NCBI RefSeq assembly: GCF_002571385.2 | Contig: NW_019218048.1 | Location: 51,680 to 115,679 of the forward strand | Reading direction: 5' to 3' | Length of the DNA stretch: 64,000 bases | Source of the DNA: Stylophora pistillata | Taxonomy: Eukaryota | Shown: positions 59,901 to 64,000 of the stretch, one piece after another | How positions within the stretch are numbered: the first letter of the stretch is position 1 | How the letters are laid out: each line of letters begins with the position of its first letter | Position numbers and translations under genes: made by a program | Notes under the pieces: model-generated | The model's input: the letters and a program-made list of their open reading frames with translations, nothing else | Databases searched by the model: none | Told to the model about the DNA's origin: nothing

Positions 59901-62882
59901 CTCGCCCCCGCGCTTGCCCTCCCCTTCACCTTCACCATCACCATCACAGCTGCTGTCACCTTCGCTGTCATCAATAACAACATCATCGCCATCGCCATCG
60001 CCATCGCCATCGCTCTCGCTCTCCCTATCGCATGCACCCCCGCCATCGCCCTCGCCCTCGCCCTCGCCCTCTCCCTCGCCGTTGATATCGCTGTCGCTAC
60101 CGCCGTCGCCCTCTTCCTTGCTCTCGCCCTCGCCCTCGCCCTCCCCCTTGCCCTTGCTCTCGCTCTCGCTCTCGCTCTCGCTCTCGCCCTCGCCATCGCC
60201 ATCGCCATCGCCTTCGCCATCGCCATCGCCATCGCCAACGCCATCGCCATCGCCGTCGCCATCTCCAACGCCTTCGTTATCGTCATCGCCATCACTCTCA
60301 CCATCATCAACATCCACATCTTCATCATCGTTAACGGCAGTTAAGCAGCTGGTATGTACAATATGCAGTCATTTACTTTTTCTCTGCAGGTTACCTTTTA
60401 TGGTATTTTGTGCGTCATAATTTTAACAAACACTTTTTTATAATTGTAGGCAGCTGAGTATGTTTCTGCACTTGGCAGAATTAATATCATGAGAAGACAA
60501 TCTCTGCAGGTATCTATATATTTTAATTTAAAGGCATTCACGCATGATACGCGATTTGAAAAGGTAATGAATAAATATGTGATTCTCTGACACAACCCAC
60601 AGCTTTAAGCAGCTTGACACGAGTTGTGTATTTGAGCGTGGCAAAAAACATAGTATTGGTGCATTTTATGTAATTTCAGGAGGCAGTAAAGATGTTGGAA
60701 GACTTCACTATCAAAATCCAGAACGTCATAAGAACTATTGCAGGCAAGCCCAACGTAGAAGAAGTGAAAGGAGCAATAGTATCCACGCTTAAAGTAGCAG
60801 CAGCCGTTGAGAAATTTGCCCTTGATTACGGAAAGCAACACCTGAATGACATGAAGCTAATGAGGATCATTTATACCAAAATGGGTGAGGCTACAGCCTT
60901 GTTCTCGGATTTCTTAAAATCCATTTCTGTTACTTACTGACTGGTTGACAGGCGACTGAATAGTCTGATTGCCTAGATTAGGCTTAAGTAATAGACGTTA
61001 TTGTTGGACCTCATCGTTGTAATCGTTTTTGTTCTAATCTTTTCATGCCTTATCTTTATTAAGGATTTCAATCCTTAATAAAGTTAAAACTCTCCAATTG
61101 GTCTTTTTATGAGAATTTTGTGAAATAATAGATTGCTTAGCAGCACTTAACGAACTCCAGTTATCAAAATGTGTCTAGATTTCTAACAAAATGATTTCTT
61201 TTATGCGCAGCACTGGCTCAAAATTGGTATTTTGCTTAGGATGCGCATAACAGCAACAATTCTAACCTTCCAATACTGTCAGAGAAAACGCACCGGTGAA
61301 GGAAACGCGCTTTTACAATTTTAGTCTATGTAGTGCTGTTCACTTGTTAATCAATCTAAAAAAATTTTGGAAAAAATAAATTTTTGAAAAAGGTTGTATC
61401 CTTAGAAAGGTTGAGTCATTAGAAGGCCTGTACATTACATACAATGCATGTGCATCCAACAAGAAACGAAACGTATGCAATTGTCATTAAATAATTTTTT
61501 TTGCTCGACAGTTTTGGGAATTCAAAAAGTCTACTGCCAGAATGCGAGTGACTTCCTTTTCGAGGAAGAACGATGGCAAACGAGAATCGATATTGCCTCT
61601 TCAAATTCTGAGGAAAAGGGTTTGTACGAACTAGCATGTTAACAATTGCAAGTTTTAAATTACCTTGGTTCCGCCAACTGAAGTGGCCGTAGCGATAAAA
61701 CTCATAAAACAAATGCACTATGCTAATTTACACTGTCTATTTTCTTTGATCATCCGCCTTCCTTATGTCACATACCTCAGAACCTGATGAAAATTTGAAT
61801 TTTGTGTATTTGTTTTGGTTGACTGATTTTTCGTTGTTGTTTCTTTGGGGGTTTTAAAGGATCATTTGTGGTAGCGATTGTGAACGAGGATCTACATGAC
61901 TTACTTGTGATGTATCAATCTATCAGAAGTAAAGCAGACAACACAAGGTGATGTTATTTTCGTGTTCTTCTATGTCGTTTACCTGAGAAACACATAACAC
62001 GGAACGGCGTAAGATCTAAGTTCAACCAACCTGAACTTAAAAACTTTCCAAAAGCCCAGGAAGGGTTGGAAGTATTTGGTCATTTCAGCTTCATGAAAAA
62101 TTTGCTTGAATCTAACAGAAGTAGACGATGTTTCCGGCTTCATTAGTTCTGGTTCATTTTACAATAAAATTTTGTTTATAGGTTTATCAACTCCAAGATA
62201 ATAGCAGTAGCCATGGACCCCAAACCAGACAAATTGCGAGAAAATGTCATCTTAAAGTTCGAAAACCTAAAGGTAACATTATTATCAGTTTCTATGCGTT
62301 GTATTGATTTATACTTACATGATAAATCATATTATCAGGTGTTGACAGCAGAGAAGCACTGTATGTATTGGAGTGGCCTCAGCGAAAGGTGAAAAAAAAA
62401 TGCAATACGTTATTGACCTTGCAATGGTAATTATTCTTTTTTTAATCAAATCATGGAGAATTATTAATAAATTTTTGCAGTCAAGTGGTTTGAGCGGGTG
62501 AAAACTTGCCTCTCCCCCAAACAATATTGAATTCTTTGCCCTTTGTTGACTATTTTTTTCCAGGTCAGACGGCTTTTCAGAGGAAGGATGCCAAGTAGTT
62601 ACATCAAAAAGTAACTCCGAAGAAATAGTTTGTAGCTGCAATCATTTGACTCATTTTGCTGTCTTAATGGACTACGACGGTAGCACAAAGGTATTCGAGT
62701 AAATTTTTCCCTATTCAATAATTTCATTGGCTCAATTAATAAATCTAAATTTTCTATTTTGTTTTTTTCTTGACACAGCTCACAGAGGAGGACGAAACGA
62801 TTTTGAAAATCATCACTTACATAGGATTATGCATTTCTATAATTGGGATACTTTTAACATCAATACTTTATTCTTGCTTCAC
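53949..62882 (+). CDS. Adhesion GPCR copy B4, partial (signal, CTLD, Cys-rich domain, long Ser/Pro stalk, GAIN/GPS, TM1); remaining exons not in window
   Basis: Exons: 53949/53973-54006, 55246-55281, 55787-56173 (CTLD), 58410-58790 (Cys-rich), 59837-60351 (Ser/Pro), 60450-60509, 60680-60884, 61512-61619, 61860-61947, 62182-62272, 62339-62388, 62564-62690 (CSCNHL/THFAVLM), 62779-62882 (TM1). All phases are compatible. Confidence 0.9.
54650..54915 (-). mobile_element. Probable Penelope terminal fragment with a hammerhead-like motif
   Basis: Minus strand CTTGAAAATGACCTCGAAGAGGTCGAAACGTC (54742-54711). The segment is absent from the B3 intron. Confidence 0.5.
56470..57861. mobile_element. Kolobok-like non-autonomous element with a nested MITE (about 56925-57253)
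   Basis: TTAC|GGTTGCTCGTACCAGTT...AACCGGTACGATCCACC|TTAA, with an internal inverted repeat pair of about 95 bp. Absent from the B3 intron. Confidence 0.7.
59880..60330 (+). repeat. Coding hexamer microsatellite (TCGCCA/TCGCCC/TCGCTC)n encoding the Ser-Pro stalk; shorter version at 41020-41175
   Basis: Directly visible tandem hexamers inside the stalk exon. Confidence 0.9.
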
Positions 62883-63149
62883 GTAAGTAATGTAACTAAA
62901 TATTGATGAAATAGATCCTTAACTCCCCTTAAATATGATGTAGAAAAATTAGATCGACAATCTCCACACAACTAAGAAAATGCATGTCGGATAATTTAAA
63001 AATTTCAGCTACATTCATCCTCCATCAAAAGAGATTAAACAGCTCATGATCTCGTGTTTTATGTATTTTGTTGGTTTCAGTCTTTTTCCTCGCAATATTT
63101 TCATTTTTTGTACTTTCTGAAGCTACGTATTGATTTTTGTTTTGCTTTG

Positions 63150-64000
63150 CTAACAAGTAAAAAAACGTACACCTTTAATGTTCTTAGTGGAAATCTAGTT
63201 ACTAAGATTTCTGATTATTTCCAACTGTTTCTGATCATTGAAGACCTTAAAGTTAATTGTGCCTCCCTAGATTATTACAAACATGATTACTCTCATTTCA
63301 GTTAGGAAATGCTTGTTGATGAAGTATCTCACCTTGATTTCTCATCTATTTACAATAGTAATTTAAACACTAATCGCAAGTTTGATCTTTTGTATGACCA
63401 AATCGACTCTGTTTGCAAGAAGAATAAACCTTATAAGAGGCTTTCCAAGAAGCAGGTTAAAATATCGTGCAAACCTTGGATCACATAATAGCGAAATTCT
63501 TGCTAAAATTAATTATAGAGACTAACTTTATTCCAAATTACTTATAAGTAAACAACTAGATCCTAATATTAATTGTGTCTAAAAAAAAATTTAGAAATAG
63601 GGTTGTTAAAGATCTGAAAGATAGTACATCCAAATATTTTAATCAATATTTTTCTTTAAATATGTCTAACATGCAGAAGTTGTGGTCTGGTAGCAGGTCA
63701 ATTATCAATGTTGAAAAATGTAAAAACAGTTATATAACTTCCATTTTAAATAACAATAAGCTTGTTGGTAACCCTAATGCGGACATTACTAACATCTTTA
63801 ACATTTTTTTTTTTGCTAACATTGGTAAGACTACGGAGAAGGGAATCCCTCGGGGAAGTGATAGCCCCTTATTCTGCCTTAGGAGTAACTACTCAGGAAC
63901 AATTTTTTTTCCCCTGTCACTTCAAATGAAATTTGGACTTTTATTGGTAAGATAGATGCTAGCAAGACTTCTAGCCCATACAATGTACCTGTTACTATTT
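63150..64000 (+). mobile_element. Degenerate CR1/L2-group LINE ORF2 fragment (end of APE and linker) inserted in a B4 intron
   Basis: ISDYFQLF, KPWIT, QKLWSG, FNIFF..IG and KTSSPYNVP. Homology to the B3 intron stops at about 63148. Confidence 0.8.

Noticed and set aside
59831-60328. Long antisense and alternate-frame ORFs (MAMAMA/ARARAR, DGDGEG, AIAIAI), also at 40859-41210, 4824-5087 and 28415-28704
   Set aside because: These are stop-free shadows of the Ser/Pro hexamer repeat. Only the + strand S/P frame is in phase with the flanking splice sites.
3923-62882. Assigning a vertebrate symbol such as ADGRD1 or ADGRL
   Set aside because: GPS and 7TM motifs support the family only. Orthology needs a phylogeny, and the ectodomains differ from vertebrate members.

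Overview
AT-rich eukaryotic genomic DNA with GT-AG introns and two N-gaps (14485-14975, 25865-26725). The repeat families suggest a cnidarian, probably a scleractinian coral (inference). The window holds a + strand tandem array of multi-exon adhesion GPCR genes (GAIN/GPS + class-B-type 7TM), reconstructed by hand from splice sites. The copies are A1 (3923-12842, 5' exons not in view), A2 (17728-35108), B3 (37023-50346) and B4 (53949 to beyond the window end), plus a decayed 7TM relic at 16469-17350. They share exon-intron structure but differ in N-terminal phase-1 exon modules: a divergent C-type lectin domain, an unnamed Cys-rich domain and a microsatellite-encoded Ser/Pro stalk of variable length. 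All three visible TM2 helices carry Arg at the class-B His2.50 position. Introns and spacers are full of mobile DNA: a 2751-bp non-autonomous Polinton/Maverick-like fold-back element, a single retrozyme monomer bounded by its hammerhead cleavage site, Penelope fragments (one with reiterated target-site copies at its junction), TTAA Kolobok-like elements, CR1/L2-type LINE fragments, SINEs and a family of hairpin-plus-tail elements.
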